Part shown: piece after piece, positions 28,769-37,909 of the stretch
How positions within the stretch are numbered: position 1 is the first letter of the stretch
Layout of the letters: each line of letters opens with the position of its first letter
Assembly (NCBI GenBank): GCA_022601275.1
Contig: JAHZIT010000042.1
Coordinates: forward strand, 11,500 to 75,499
DNA length: 64,000 nt
Reading direction: 5' to 3'
Source: Actinomycetes bacterium
GTDB taxonomy: Bacteria > Actinomycetota > Actinomycetes > Mycobacteriales > Mycobacteriaceae
Program-made: the position numbers and the translations under genes
Notes under the pieces: model-generated
The model's input: only the letters and a program-made list of their open reading frames with translations
What the model was told of the DNA's origin: nothing
Databases searched by the model: none

Positions 28769-30187
28769 ATGACCGCGATCGATCCCGAGCAGCTCAGAAC
28801 ATGTCTGCGGGTGCTGTCCCAGGTTGAGGCGCTGGATCCCGAGCACCCCGATGCCGTGGCAGTACGCAGGGCGACGGCGGGCATCTACAAGTCGGTCAAG
28901 CTGGCGCGCCGAAAGGCGAAGCGGGACGCGGTGGCGGCGGCTGACCGAGCCGTCACCGCGGCTACCGCCACCGGGGCTCCGGGCCGCATCGACGACGAGA
29001 CCGAGGGTCTGCCCCTGGTGTCGACCGCCGCGGGCGCCAGTGCGGGCACCCTGCTGCGCTCGCGCGCCTGCTACATGTGCAAGCGCCGCTACACGGTAGT
29101 CGACGCGTTTTACCACCAGCTTTGCCCCGACTGTGCCACCCTCAACCGCGCTAAGCGCACTGCCCGAACAGACCTTTCCGGCCGAACCGCCCTGCTCACG
29201 GGTGGTCGCGCGAAGATTGGCATGTACATCGCGTTGCGCTTGCTGCGCGACGGGGCCCACACGACCATCACCACCCGGTTTCCGAATGATGCCGTGCGCA
29301 GGTTTGTGGCCATGCCCGACAGTGTGGACTGGCTGCACCGACTGCGGGTGGTGGGAATCGACCTACGAGATCCCGCCCAACTGGTGGCGTTGGCCGAAAC
29401 GATGGCGGCGCAGGGCCCGTTGGACATCCTGATCAACAACGCGGCCCAGACGGTGCGCCGCCCCCCGGGCTCGTATGCAGCGCTCGTCGAGGCGGAGCGC
29501 ACCCCGCCGAACGAGTTGGTGGATGTCATCACGTTTGACCATGTCAGCGATGCCCATCCAGCTGCGCTGTCCGCGAGCCTCGCCGAGCACCAGAGACCGC
29601 ACGCGGTGACTGAGTCGGCGCTGGCTGCGCGCAGTGCCTCGCCGGAACGGATTGCCGCCGGTACCGCTGTCGATGCCGGTGGACTGCTGCCCGACAACAG
29701 TGCGGTGAACAGCTGGACTCAGTGTGTGCATGAGATCGACCCAATGGAATTGCTCGAGGTGCAACTCTGTAATCAGACAGCCCCGTTCATCCTGGTCAGC
29801 CGACTACGCCCCGCATTGGCCGCGTCACCGGCTCACCGCAAGTACGTCGTGAACGTTTCGGCCATGGAGGGCCAGTTCAGTCGTGGATACAAGGGCCCAG
29901 GGCACCCGCACACCAACATGGCCAAGGCTGCGTTGAACATGCTCACCCGCACCAGCGCGGCGGAGATGTTGGAGCGCGACAGCATCCTGATGACCGCCGT
30001 GGACACTGGATGGATCACCGATGAGCGCCCTCACCCCACCAAACTGCGGCTGGCCGAAGAGGGTTTCCACGCCCCGCTCGATCTCGTCGACGGCGCTGCC
30101 CGAGTTTATGACCCCATCGTGCGTGGCGAGGCCGGGGAGGATCTGCACGGGTGCTTTCTGAAGGACTACTCGCCGAGTAACTGGTAG
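28769..30187 (+). CDS. short-chain dehydrogenase/reductase with about 140-aa N-terminal extension containing a CxxC-x14-CxxC zinc-ribbon-like motif
   Basis: ATG 28769 (MTAIDPEQLR). Ribbon CYMCKRRYTVVDAFYHQLCPDC. Rossmann motif LLTGGRAKIGMYIA, then NNAAQ and the active-site pattern SAMEG...Y..K (GYKGPGHPHTNMAKAAL). The track ORF start (28331) overlaps the opposite-strand gene. Confidence 0.8.
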   Translation: MTAIDPEQLRTCLRVLSQVEALDPEHPDAVAVRRATAGIYKSVKLARRKAKRDAVAAADRAVTAATATGAPGRIDDETEGLPLVSTAAGASAGTLLRSRACYMCKRRYTVVDAFYHQLCPDCATLNRAKRTARTDLSGRTALLTGGRAKIGMYIALRLLRDGAHTTITTRFPNDAVRRFVAMPDSVDWLHRLRVVGIDLRDPAQLVALAETMAAQGPLDILINNAAQTVRRPPGSYAALVEAERTPPNELVDVITFDHVSDAHPAALSASLAEHQRPHAVTESALAARSASPERIAAGTAVDAGGLLPDNSAVNSWTQCVHEIDPMELLEVQLCNQTAPFILVSRLRPALAASPAHRKYVVNVSAMEGQFSRGYKGPGHPHTNMAKAALNMLTRTSAAEMLERDSILMTAVDTGWITDERPHPTKLRLAEEGFHAPLDLVDGAARVYDPIVRGEAGEDLHGCFLKDYSPSNW

Positions 30188-30221
30188 CAGGGTAACTGGT
30201 AGCAAGGTAACTGGTAGCAAG
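30177..30221. repeat. 15-bp tandem repeat x3 (gtaactggtagcagg, gtaactggtagcaag x2)
   Basis: Read directly. Copy 1 is the last codons plus stop of the SDR gene (AGT AAC TGG TAG). Copies 2-3 reiterate it in frame. Confidence 0.9.
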
Positions 30222-30368
30222 GAGCAGCAAAATCCCCTCGGACCCCTAAGAAGGCGGGGGCGAGGCAGGCGCGATCGGTGGTTCGGGGGGCAGTCGCCCG
30301 GGCGACACGTTCACCACACTCTGCATCAGGAAGCAGCCGCCGGTGATGTTCAGCGTTGAGATACCTAG

Positions 30369-30404
30369 CAGCGCTGAACCACACACGTCAGCGCTGAACC
30401 ACAC
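30369..30404. repeat. 20-bp-period tandem duplication: cagcgctgaaccacac, spacer acgt, cagcgctgaaccacac
   Basis: Read directly; it lies in the 270-bp gap between the convergent SDR and DUF1023 genes. The upstream gttcagcg (30349-30356) can pair with cgctgaac of copy 1. Confidence 0.85.
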
Positions 30405-30457
30405 GAGAAACGTCCGCGCTGCCCGGCAGCGCAGGATTCGTTCGCCATGGTGCCGGG

Positions 30458-31999
30458 TCACCATGAGAGGGGGGTCTCCCTCACGGCGAGATCCGGGCGG
30501 TTCAGCAGAATCGCTGCCAGGTTGTAGCCGGCCATTCGCTCTCCTGCGTTGCGGTCATAGTCGGAGTGTCCGGATGCCCCGGTCTTGGATTCATATCCTG
30601 CGATCGGGGTGGTTCCCGCGTCGGTTTCCAGATGCTGGAATCGGAAGCGCAGATGGCCGTCGTCGTTGATGATGTCGTTGGGGTCTGATCCCCATCCGTG
30701 GTAGGGCGCCAGGGCTCCGAGCGTGTTGATCGGGTCGTCGCGCGCCGACATCACGAAGAAGTTCTCGTCGTTCATGCCGAGTTCTGCTGGAGTGTCGGCC
30801 TGGAATCCTGGCGACCCGTACAGCACGGCGTTGTCGATGTACCGGCTGGCGCCCTCGTGAAGGGCGATGCCGGAGGTCAATGAGCCATAGGAATGCCCGA
30901 ACAACGCGGTGGTCTGGTCTGGATTCTTGGAGGCGGCGTCGAGTTCGTGCAGCATGGAATTGAGTTTCGGGGCTCCCGCTTGGGCGAGGTCATCGCTGAG
31001 CACCGAGGAATCGCCGAGGTTGGGCGGGGGTTGATAGCCCACCCACGCGACGGTCGCGATGTTCTGACCGGTTCCCACTCGCTCGGCGACATCTGCTGCC
31101 TCGCTGCGCAGTTCGGCGGCTTCGGCGGTCATGGCGGCGATGGTCCCGCGAGTGCTTCCAGATACCCCGGGGACCGTCACCGACACGTGGTCGGCGGTGA
31201 ACGGATCGCCCACCGACGTGGCCGCGGCAATCATCTGGGACGGGTCTTCGGGCCTGTCGAGGTACAGCAGGTGTGAATCGGGCACCGTGAGCGCTTCCCT
31301 GATGGCCGCGATGTCTGCGAGTCGATCCGCCTTCACCTGGCCGTCGGGAAGTTGCCGGCAACTCTGGAGTATCTCCTGGAGCAGTTCGCGGTTTGCCTGG
31401 TCGACCTGGCCGATGTCGCCCGGGGCCATGTCCGTTGCGCCGTTGCTGACGGCATCGAGGTGATCGGCCGCGACGGGCTCGTTCTCGTCAGAGAGAGCGG
31501 GTGCCTCCCGGAAGGTGAGGGCGGCGTATTCCTTCTTGATCCCGCGTATGTCACGCGCGAGGTTGTCCAACTCGCCATGAGCGCCGCGAACAATATCGTC
31601 GAGTCTGGTCAGGCCCACGCCCGCAACCTGGGTGAACGCCGGAGCGTGCGGCTTGCCGGGTGGAACACTGCCCGTAGAATCGATCACCCACTGGCGAAGC
31701 GCGTCCAAGTCCTGGCGGCCGCCGCTGAGGACTCGGGCGCAGTGGTCGACAGATCTACCCAGCCGCTGATCAAGTTCGGCGACGCGATCGATAGCCGCTC
31801 GGTGGTCGGCATTGATCGCTTGGTATGCGTCGGCCGCACCCCCCGACCACACTGATCCGGGCGCGGCTCCGGCAACGTCGTTGCCCATTTGCCGAAGCTC
31901 CGCGCTGGCGTCGAACTGCATACCGCCGTGGGGAGTGCCCTCGCCGAAAGCATGCCGCGCCTTGGCCCACGCCGCGTAGAACGCATCCAGCGCGCTCAC
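30458..31999 (-). CDS. alpha/beta hydrolase of the DUF1023 type with an N-terminal WxG-containing helical domain
   Basis: The N-terminal roughly 110 aa are helical and contain ...GSVWSGGAADAYQAINADHRAAIDRVAELDQRL... (WxG motif). The C-terminal domain has the nucleophile elbow LFGHSYGSLTSG and the ending ...GHSDYDRN typical of DUF1023 proteins, as I recall. Confidence 0.75.
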   Translation of the reverse strand: MSALDAFYAAWAKARHAFGEGTPHGGMQFDASAELRQMGNDVAGAAPGSVWSGGAADAYQAINADHRAAIDRVAELDQRLGRSVDHCARVLSGGRQDLDALRQWVIDSTGSVPPGKPHAPAFTQVAGVGLTRLDDIVRGAHGELDNLARDIRGIKKEYAALTFREAPALSDENEPVAADHLDAVSNGATDMAPGDIGQVDQANRELLQEILQSCRQLPDGQVKADRLADIAAIREALTVPDSHLLYLDRPEDPSQMIAAATSVGDPFTADHVSVTVPGVSGSTRGTIAAMTAEAAELRSEAADVAERVGTGQNIATVAWVGYQPPPNLGDSSVLSDDLAQAGAPKLNSMLHELDAASKNPDQTTALFGHSYGSLTSGIALHEGASRYIDNAVLYGSPGFQADTPAELGMNDENFFVMSARDDPINTLGALAPYHGWGSDPNDIINDDGHLRFRFQHLETDAGTTPIAGYESKTGASGHSDYDRNAGERMAGYNLAAILLNRPDLAVRETPLSW

Positions 32000-32120
32000 C
32001 GGTCGGCCATCCCCGCCACCACATCATTATCACGTACTCAGGACGGGGCCCATCGCGGATATTGTTGGTCGCCTTGCTGATACACCACCACGAGGATTCT
32101 TGGGCACGGCAGGCGGAAGG

Positions 32121-32630
32121 TCACCAACCCATTGAGCCCGGCACTCCCTTGAACGGCCCGGCGATCCAACTGGTGATCCAGCCGCCGTAGAAGCCACCTG
32201 GCTGCGGCACGACCTCTTCCCCGTTGACGGTGCACCGATCTACCAGCGGGGCCATGACGGCGACAGCACCGGCGATCGCGGTGAATTCGCGGGTTGGGTT
32301 CAGGTATGTCCACGCCGCTCGTGGGGCGACGAGGGTCGGAGTCACCAGGTCGAAATAACTGGCCTGCCCCTTCCACTCGCACCACGATGATCCTGTTGCC
32401 TGCCGCAGGACGCCCTCGTCGAAGCAGGCCTGCGGGAGGTAATACGTTGGCGGGTGGCTGGTCTCGAGTACCCGCCAGGCCCGGTCGGTCATGGCGATCG
32501 TCCGGCCGCCCAACTCGACGGTGATCGAGCCGGCGAATTCCTCCAGCCGAGGCGGCCGCGGATAGCTCCATACCGACTCTTGGCCGGCACGTGGTTTATC
32601 GGGTATAGGCATGTCTTGGGCTGCGCTCAC
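32121..32630 (-). CDS. DUF427-domain protein
   Basis: VWSYPRPPRLE...RVLETSHPPTYYLP...CEWKGQASYFDL is the characteristic DUF427 pattern. A 4-nt overlap couples it to the upstream hydrolase gene. Confidence 0.75.
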   Translation of the reverse strand: MSAAQDMPIPDKPRAGQESVWSYPRPPRLEEFAGSITVELGGRTIAMTDRAWRVLETSHPPTYYLPQACFDEGVLRQATGSSWCEWKGQASYFDLVTPTLVAPRAAWTYLNPTREFTAIAGAVAVMAPLVDRCTVNGEEVVPQPGGFYGGWITSWIAGPFKGVPGSMGW

Positions 32631-33520
32631 GGTTCATTCGGCCGGTCGGTGATGGGCGATTCGACCCCTGCGGTGGGGTGGGCATTCGTTTCGATGAATT
32701 CGTCGATGAGTTCGGTTACTTCGTAGGGTCGTTCAACGTGCGGGAAATGGCCCACGCCGGTAAGCACCTCGAGTCGGCATCCTGGCTGGGAATCGCGCAA
32801 GGCGTAGCCGTGCTCGATCGGGATGATCCGGTCTTGATCGCCCCAGATGATCATGGTCGGAACTTCCGATGTCAGGTGTAGTCGATTCAATGCGCTCACC
32901 GATTGCCCGCGGTAGTCGACCACTGAACGCAACGTCTTGAGGAATGCCTGGCGGGTCTGAGAGTCAGCCAACGACGAATAGGCACTCCACATTTCGGCCC
33001 CGCGCGGTGAGTGGATGCCGCTGGACGAGAACCAAGACCGCAGTTTGTTGCCAGCCGTCAACACCGGTGTTGGGGCAATGATCGGCAGTATCAGCTCAGC
33101 TCCCGGAGCGGAAAGCAGGCGAAGAGTCCAGCCCACGTCGGGGCCGAGGCCGCCGCTGCTGATCAGCACCAGCCGCCGGCAGTAGTCGCGATGTTGATAG
33201 GCGAATTGCATTGCCACTCCGCCGCCGAGCGATTGGCCGATGACCGTTGCTCCGGAGACGCCCAACTCGTCCAGAAGGTCCCGAAGCGACACTGCGAAGG
33301 CGCCGAGTGAGTAATCACTCCTGGGTTTGTCGGACTGGCCGTGTCCCATGAGGTCGGGCGCGATCACCCGGTACTTCTTCGACAACTGCGGGATCACCGC
33401 GCGCCACGTCTCAGAACTGCCCGCCATTCCGTGGATCAGCAATATCGTTTCGCCACCGCTGCCGGCGTCCCGGTAGGCGACGCGATGGCCGTGCAACTCC
33501 AAGAACTTTATTTCGGTCAT
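32627..33520 (-). CDS. alpha/beta-fold hydrolase
   Basis: LLIHGMAGSS oxyanion region, nucleophile elbow VIGQSLGGGVA and C-terminal GVGHFPHVERP. I placed the start at ATG 33520 (MTEIKFLELHG). Confidence 0.85.
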   Translation of the reverse strand: MTEIKFLELHGHRVAYRDAGSGGETILLIHGMAGSSETWRAVIPQLSKKYRVIAPDLMGHGQSDKPRSDYSLGAFAVSLRDLLDELGVSGATVIGQSLGGGVAMQFAYQHRDYCRRLVLISSGGLGPDVGWTLRLLSAPGAELILPIIAPTPVLTAGNKLRSWFSSSGIHSPRGAEMWSAYSSLADSQTRQAFLKTLRSVVDYRGQSVSALNRLHLTSEVPTMIIWGDQDRIIPIEHGYALRDSQPGCRLEVLTGVGHFPHVERPYEVTELIDEFIETNAHPTAGVESPITDRPNEP

Positions 33521-33686
33521 GTGCGGCGTCTCCTCTGCACCAGTACCCATGGTTGCAGACGACGAGGGCCCACAGGGCAGCAGTCGGCATGCTCATTTGC
33601 CCCATTTAAATTTTTGCTGGTCAAACGACGCCACGCAATCGGTGGGTCGGTGCGCCGCCCGAACGTCCTCACGATGGCGATTCGCC

Positions 33687-34949
33687 TCAGGGCTGTGCGA
33701 CTTCGGCGGCTGCGAGCACGCGCTTCTTTGCGGCGCGAACCGGAGTTACCAGCAGCGGAAGGGCCAACAACGCCATCGTGAGGGCAGTCACGCCCAGTCG
33801 TTGCCAATGGCCGCCCGCACCGGCGAGGAATGCGCCGAGGGCCGGTGCGGCCGCGCCGGCCACCAACGCGACGCCGCCGGCCACAACGACGAGTCGGCCC
33901 GAACTCGTGTCGAGTTCGGCAGCGAGCGCGAGCAGCAACGGCGTGATACAGAAGAACGCGATATTGATCGCCAGGAATCCAGCAGTGAACGGCGCCGGGC
34001 TGGCAGCGGTCCCGACGAGCAGACCACCTACCCCCATGGTCGCTGCGGCCGGAGCGATGAGGGCCATCTTGGGAACCTTTGCGCCGAATGTCAGGGTGAT
34101 GCCGGCGCCGACCAATCCGACGATCTGGGACAAACCCAAGAACGTCGCGGTGTACTGGACGGAGAGTCCGGCTTGCTCTCCGATCGGCTCGGCAAATGTC
34201 CAGATCATCGCGTTGCCGACTTGCAGGAGCCCAATGGCGCTGATCAACAGTAGAACGGGTCCGACAGGACCTCTGGGACCATCGGGGCCGGGCGTTGCCG
34301 GGGCGATGTCGGAGGCGACTTCCAACTGCGCCGCGCCCGGGTCCTCCTCGGGCAGATCCCGCACATCGGGCAGGCGGGTGATGAATACCAGGCACAACAG
34401 CACCGCCGCGGCGATGCCGAGGTAGATGCCGACCTTCGGCCACAGGTCGTGCAGTATCGGTCCCAGCGTCAGCATCACGGCTCCGACGAGCATCCAGGTG
34501 ACGGTGACGATGCTGAATGCGCGTTCCGGAAGGCGTGCATAGGCCAGCGCCGAGTTGGCGCCGGCGTAGCACAATCCAGCACCCAACCCCGCCATGATCT
34601 GGAGCGCCAGAACCGGGCCGAACCCGGTGGCGAAGCCGGTGAGGGCAAGACACCCGGCGGTGATCAGCGCACCAGCGATCCCCATCTTCCTTCGGTCCAG
34701 GCGCGGCAGGAACGGCAGAATGCCGAAAGCCGCCAGTGCAACGCCGCCCTGGCCACACGCCACAAGCAGACCCGCCGGTCCGAGTCCGAAGTCGAACTCC
34801 CTGGCGAACGACACCGCAAGCAGCGGCGACAGGAAAGTGGTCATAAATCCGGCGGCCATCATTCCGGCGGCGCCGACCACCAAGCCCTTGTATTCCTTGG
34901 GGCCGCGCCCCTCCGGCGACGCCACAGCGTGGGATTGGTTGACAGTCAT
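33687..34949 (-). CDS. polytopic membrane transporter, probably MFS
   Basis: 420 aa, almost entirely G/A/L/V-rich helices with short Arg/Asp loops (e.g. FLPRLDRRKMG). I placed the start at ATG 34949. The family call rests on general appearance only. Confidence 0.6.
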   Translation of the reverse strand: MTVNQSHAVASPEGRGPKEYKGLVVGAAGMMAAGFMTTFLSPLLAVSFAREFDFGLGPAGLLVACGQGGVALAAFGILPFLPRLDRRKMGIAGALITAGCLALTGFATGFGPVLALQIMAGLGAGLCYAGANSALAYARLPERAFSIVTVTWMLVGAVMLTLGPILHDLWPKVGIYLGIAAAVLLCLVFITRLPDVRDLPEEDPGAAQLEVASDIAPATPGPDGPRGPVGPVLLLISAIGLLQVGNAMIWTFAEPIGEQAGLSVQYTATFLGLSQIVGLVGAGITLTFGAKVPKMALIAPAAATMGVGGLLVGTAASPAPFTAGFLAINIAFFCITPLLLALAAELDTSSGRLVVVAGGVALVAGAAAPALGAFLAGAGGHWQRLGVTALTMALLALPLLVTPVRAAKKRVLAAAEVAQP

Positions 34950-35125
34950 CTTGTCGCCCCCTGTGGGTGAAGCACATAACCTAACAGATCGCGCTCCACG
35001 GAAACTACTGGAAAAGTGTCCCCGAGTATCGGCTCTTACCTTTGAAACAATCTGCGCTGAAACAGTTTTCAAGCCGTCCGTCGTTAAACCCCGCGTAGTG
35101 CGCGGAAAGAGGGCACAGTATCGTC

Positions 35126-36574
35126 ATGGCAATCCGCGAGAAGGACGATTCGCGCACGTTCTTCGGTCACCCGATCGGACTGACCAACCTCTTCGGTGTC
35201 GAGCTGTGGGAGCGGTTCTCCTTCTACGGAATGCTCACCATCCTCGGCTACTACCTCTACTACTCGGTCACCGACGGCGGGCTGGGATTGCCGCAGAGCA
35301 CTGCGACGGGCATCGTCGGCGCCTACGGCGGCCTGGTTTATCTGTCCACCGTGCTCGGCGGCTGGATCGCCGACCGCCTGCTCGGAATGGAGCGCACGGT
35401 CTTCTACGGTGGCGTCGTGGTCATGCTCGGCCACATCGCGTTGGCCGTGCTGCCCGGGTTGAGCGGAGTCGGTGCCGGCCTGGGGCTCGTGGCTCTCGGC
35501 TCGGGAGCACTGAAAGCCAACGCATCCTCGCTGCTGGGCACGCTCTACGGCAAGAACGACCACCGTGCCGACGGTGGATTCACGCTGTTCTACCTCGGGA
35601 TCAATCTGGGCGCCTTTACCGGACCGCTGATCACCGGCCTGCTGCAGACCCATGTTGGCTTTCACTACGGTTTCGGCGCAGCCGCCATCGGCATGGCACT
35701 GGGTTTGATCCAGTATGTGGTGTTCCGGCGCAACCTCGGAACGCATGGCCGCACCGTGCCGAATGCGCTGCCGCGCAGCGACTTCGGGAAGACGATCGGC
35801 ATTTTCGTGGCCGCGCTGGTGGTGGTCGGGGTGGCCATCGCGCTGAAGTTGGTGACCTTGGCAAACCTGTCGCACGTCACCACTGGCGTCATCGTCATCG
35901 CGGCGATCGGCTATTTCGCGATCATGCTGACCAGTGCCAAGGTCACTGGGCCGGAGCGGGAGCGCCTGCGGGCGTTTATCCCACTGTTCATCGCAAACGC
36001 TGTTTTTTGGTCGCTGTTCCAGCAGATCTTCACTGTGCTGGCGATCTACTCCGATGAGCGGATGGACTGGTCGATCTTCGGTTGGACGGCGCCGTCGAAC
36101 TGGATCGGTTCGATCGAACCGGTGTGGATCATCGTGCTCTCGCCGCTGTTCGCGCTGATGTGGACACGGCTGGGTAGCCGGGCACCGACCACTCCGCGCA
36201 AGTTCGCCTATGGCGTGATCGGGATGGGGCTGGCGTTTCTGTGTTTCATTCCGCTGGCCGGCATCAGCGCGGTGCCCGCTCTGTTGGTCATGGCGATCCT
36301 CGGGGTGTTCGCGGTCTCGGAGCTGCTGCTCTCACCGATCGGGCTGTCGGTGACAACCAAGTTGGCACCGGACGCGTTCCGTGCACAGATGATGGCCCTG
36401 TATTTCTTCTCGGTCGGCCTCGGGACGGCCATGTCGGGAGTGCTGGCCGGCTACTACGATCCCTCGCGCGAGCCTGCCTATTTCGGGATTCTGGGCGGGG
36501 TGGCGGTCGCTTCCGGCGTGATCGTGTTCTTCATCGCGCCCTGGATCAGCCGCCAAATGGAGGGAGTGCACTGA
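35126..36574 (+). CDS. proton-dependent oligopeptide transporter (POT/PTR2, DtpT-like)
   Basis: ERFSFYGMLTILGYYL, GGWIADRLLG and FYLGINLGAFTGPL are the PTR2 signature regions. Confidence 0.88.
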   Translation: MAIREKDDSRTFFGHPIGLTNLFGVELWERFSFYGMLTILGYYLYYSVTDGGLGLPQSTATGIVGAYGGLVYLSTVLGGWIADRLLGMERTVFYGGVVVMLGHIALAVLPGLSGVGAGLGLVALGSGALKANASSLLGTLYGKNDHRADGGFTLFYLGINLGAFTGPLITGLLQTHVGFHYGFGAAAIGMALGLIQYVVFRRNLGTHGRTVPNALPRSDFGKTIGIFVAALVVVGVAIALKLVTLANLSHVTTGVIVIAAIGYFAIMLTSAKVTGPERERLRAFIPLFIANAVFWSLFQQIFTVLAIYSDERMDWSIFGWTAPSNWIGSIEPVWIIVLSPLFALMWTRLGSRAPTTPRKFAYGVIGMGLAFLCFIPLAGISAVPALLVMAILGVFAVSELLLSPIGLSVTTKLAPDAFRAQMMALYFFSVGLGTAMSGVLAGYYDPSREPAYFGILGGVAVASGVIVFFIAPWISRQMEGVH

Positions 36575-36635
36575 CGCTCGGGATGGCAGCCGTCACCGCC
36601 GCGCCGCAAGGTCCACCGAGCCGCGCGAAGAGCTG

Positions 36636-36875
36636 CTATCGACGACGCCCGCCATAGGTTCGACGATTACCCTGCTGCCACGGAATGAGGTACCCCCCAG
36701 CGGGGGCGCCCCTGATTCCGGGCTCGGCCTTGATGGACACACTGCCGTTGGTTTGGCAGGTTGTTGTGGAGCCCGATTGGTCGCAGTACGGTCGAGCCTG
36801 GGCGCCAGGAGCCATGAACAGACTTATGGCCGCCAAACCGGTCATCAACAGTGCTGACATTCCTCGATGTTTCAT
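36636..36875 (-). CDS. small secreted protein (hypothetical, 79 aa)
   Basis: Signal peptide MKHRGMSALLMTGLAAISLFMAPGAQA, two Cys residues and a basic Gly-rich tail. No family recognised. Confidence 0.5.
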   Translation of the reverse strand: MKHRGMSALLMTGLAAISLFMAPGAQARPYCDQSGSTTTCQTNGSVSIKAEPGIRGAPAGGYLIPWQQGNRRTYGGRRR

Positions 36876-36904
36876 ATTTCCATCACCTTTCGGGCTATAG
36901 CCCT

Positions 36905-36941
36905 GATGTCACGCGGGTCAGGTGTCGCACGTTGTGACATC
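36905..36941 (-). terminator. 8-bp-stem hairpin GATGTCAC-N21-GTGACATC, adjacent to the 12-bp palindrome GGGCTATAGCCC (36892-36903)
   Basis: Read directly; it begins 4 nt after the stop of the upstream minus-strand gene (36945). There is no clear U-tract, so the terminator function is tentative. Confidence 0.3.
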
Positions 36942-36944
36942 CGC

Positions 36945-37385
36945 TCACGGTTCCCAGCAGTCCGCGATGACAACGAACACGTCGGGCTCGGAGACCGGCA
37001 TGTTGTTGATCGCAGCCTCATTGATCGCATTCTGGCGGGCCTCCTCGACGGTGGCCCCGGCTCCGCCGCCGACCACCATGTTCACGGGATCGGCAAACGA
37101 CCCGATGCAGTTGTCGTCGTTGGTCGCCATGTCGCTGGTGCAGTACATACCGCCGGCAGCCTCGCATTTCGCGATGACGTTGGCCGAGGCCTCCTCGTTG
37201 GTGGCGCCGAGGGCCAGGAAACCCATCAGGCCATCGTCGAATACTCCGCTACCGACCGCTGCGGACATGTGATCGACATTCTCGATCACTCCACCGGGCC
37301 CACCCGCCCACGCGGTGCCTGCCGAGATCCCCGCACCGATCACACCGGCAGCCAAGATCATCGAAACCAAACGGGTATTGGGCAT
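36945..37385 (-). CDS. secreted Cys-containing protein, DUF4189-like
   Basis: ATG 37385 and a signal peptide (MPNTRLVSMILAAGVIGAGISAGTAWA). Pattern ...EEASANVIAKCEAAGGMYC...NCIG...VEEARQNAINEA... resembles DUF4189 as I remember it. Confidence 0.5.
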   Translation of the reverse strand: MPNTRLVSMILAAGVIGAGISAGTAWAGGPGGVIENVDHMSAAVGSGVFDDGLMGFLALGATNEEASANVIAKCEAAGGMYCTSDMATNDDNCIGSFADPVNMVVGGGAGATVEEARQNAINEAAINNMPVSEPDVFVVIADCWEP

Positions 37386-37909
37386 GCCAGTCCTCTCGTC
37401 AATGAAGATATTTCCAAGGTAACACCGAACGAGCAGCCTCAGGGGGCAACGCCCCGATGCGTCCGGTGGCAACCTGTTCAAGACGGGTCAACGGCGATGT
37501 GTCAGGCGTCCACGTCGTCGCTCGCCCGGCTGCCGGAGGTTGCGTGGGTGATGTCGCCGTGGCCTTCGAGCAGCTGGACTTTGTGACTTCGGATGTCGGC
37601 TGGAACCAGGGCGAACAGGTGTCGTGTCGCCGACTCGGCAGCGCATGTGCGGCATGGATCCGCTTGGCGGACATGGGAACTCCCGCAAATATTATCCAGC
37701 CCTCGCGGCCCTCCGGTGTGTAAATGGACGGCGGCGACGGTGGAATTGGTCAGATTGGTCGTGCCCGGTCAGGCCGTCGCTGGGCGGGATTCTTGGAGAG
37801 CCCCTGCAATGCAACAGCGTCGTCGACCATCTCCAAGTGATGCGAGCGCGGGATTCCTGAACAAAGAATTACATATGCCCGGCAGCGGCTTTCAGCACGC
37901 AACGCCGAG

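Noticed and set aside
30246-30464. 72-aa minus-strand ORF whose ATG overlaps the stop of the DUF1023 hydrolase (possible coupled small membrane or immunity protein)
   Set aside because: Its hydrophobic core is encoded by the 20-bp-period tandem duplication. That period is not a multiple of 3, which is unexpected for conserved coding sequence. Third-position GC is lower than in neighbouring genes (about 74 percent by my count), and the C-terminus is a Pro-rich, low-complexity read-through. Not supported without expression data.
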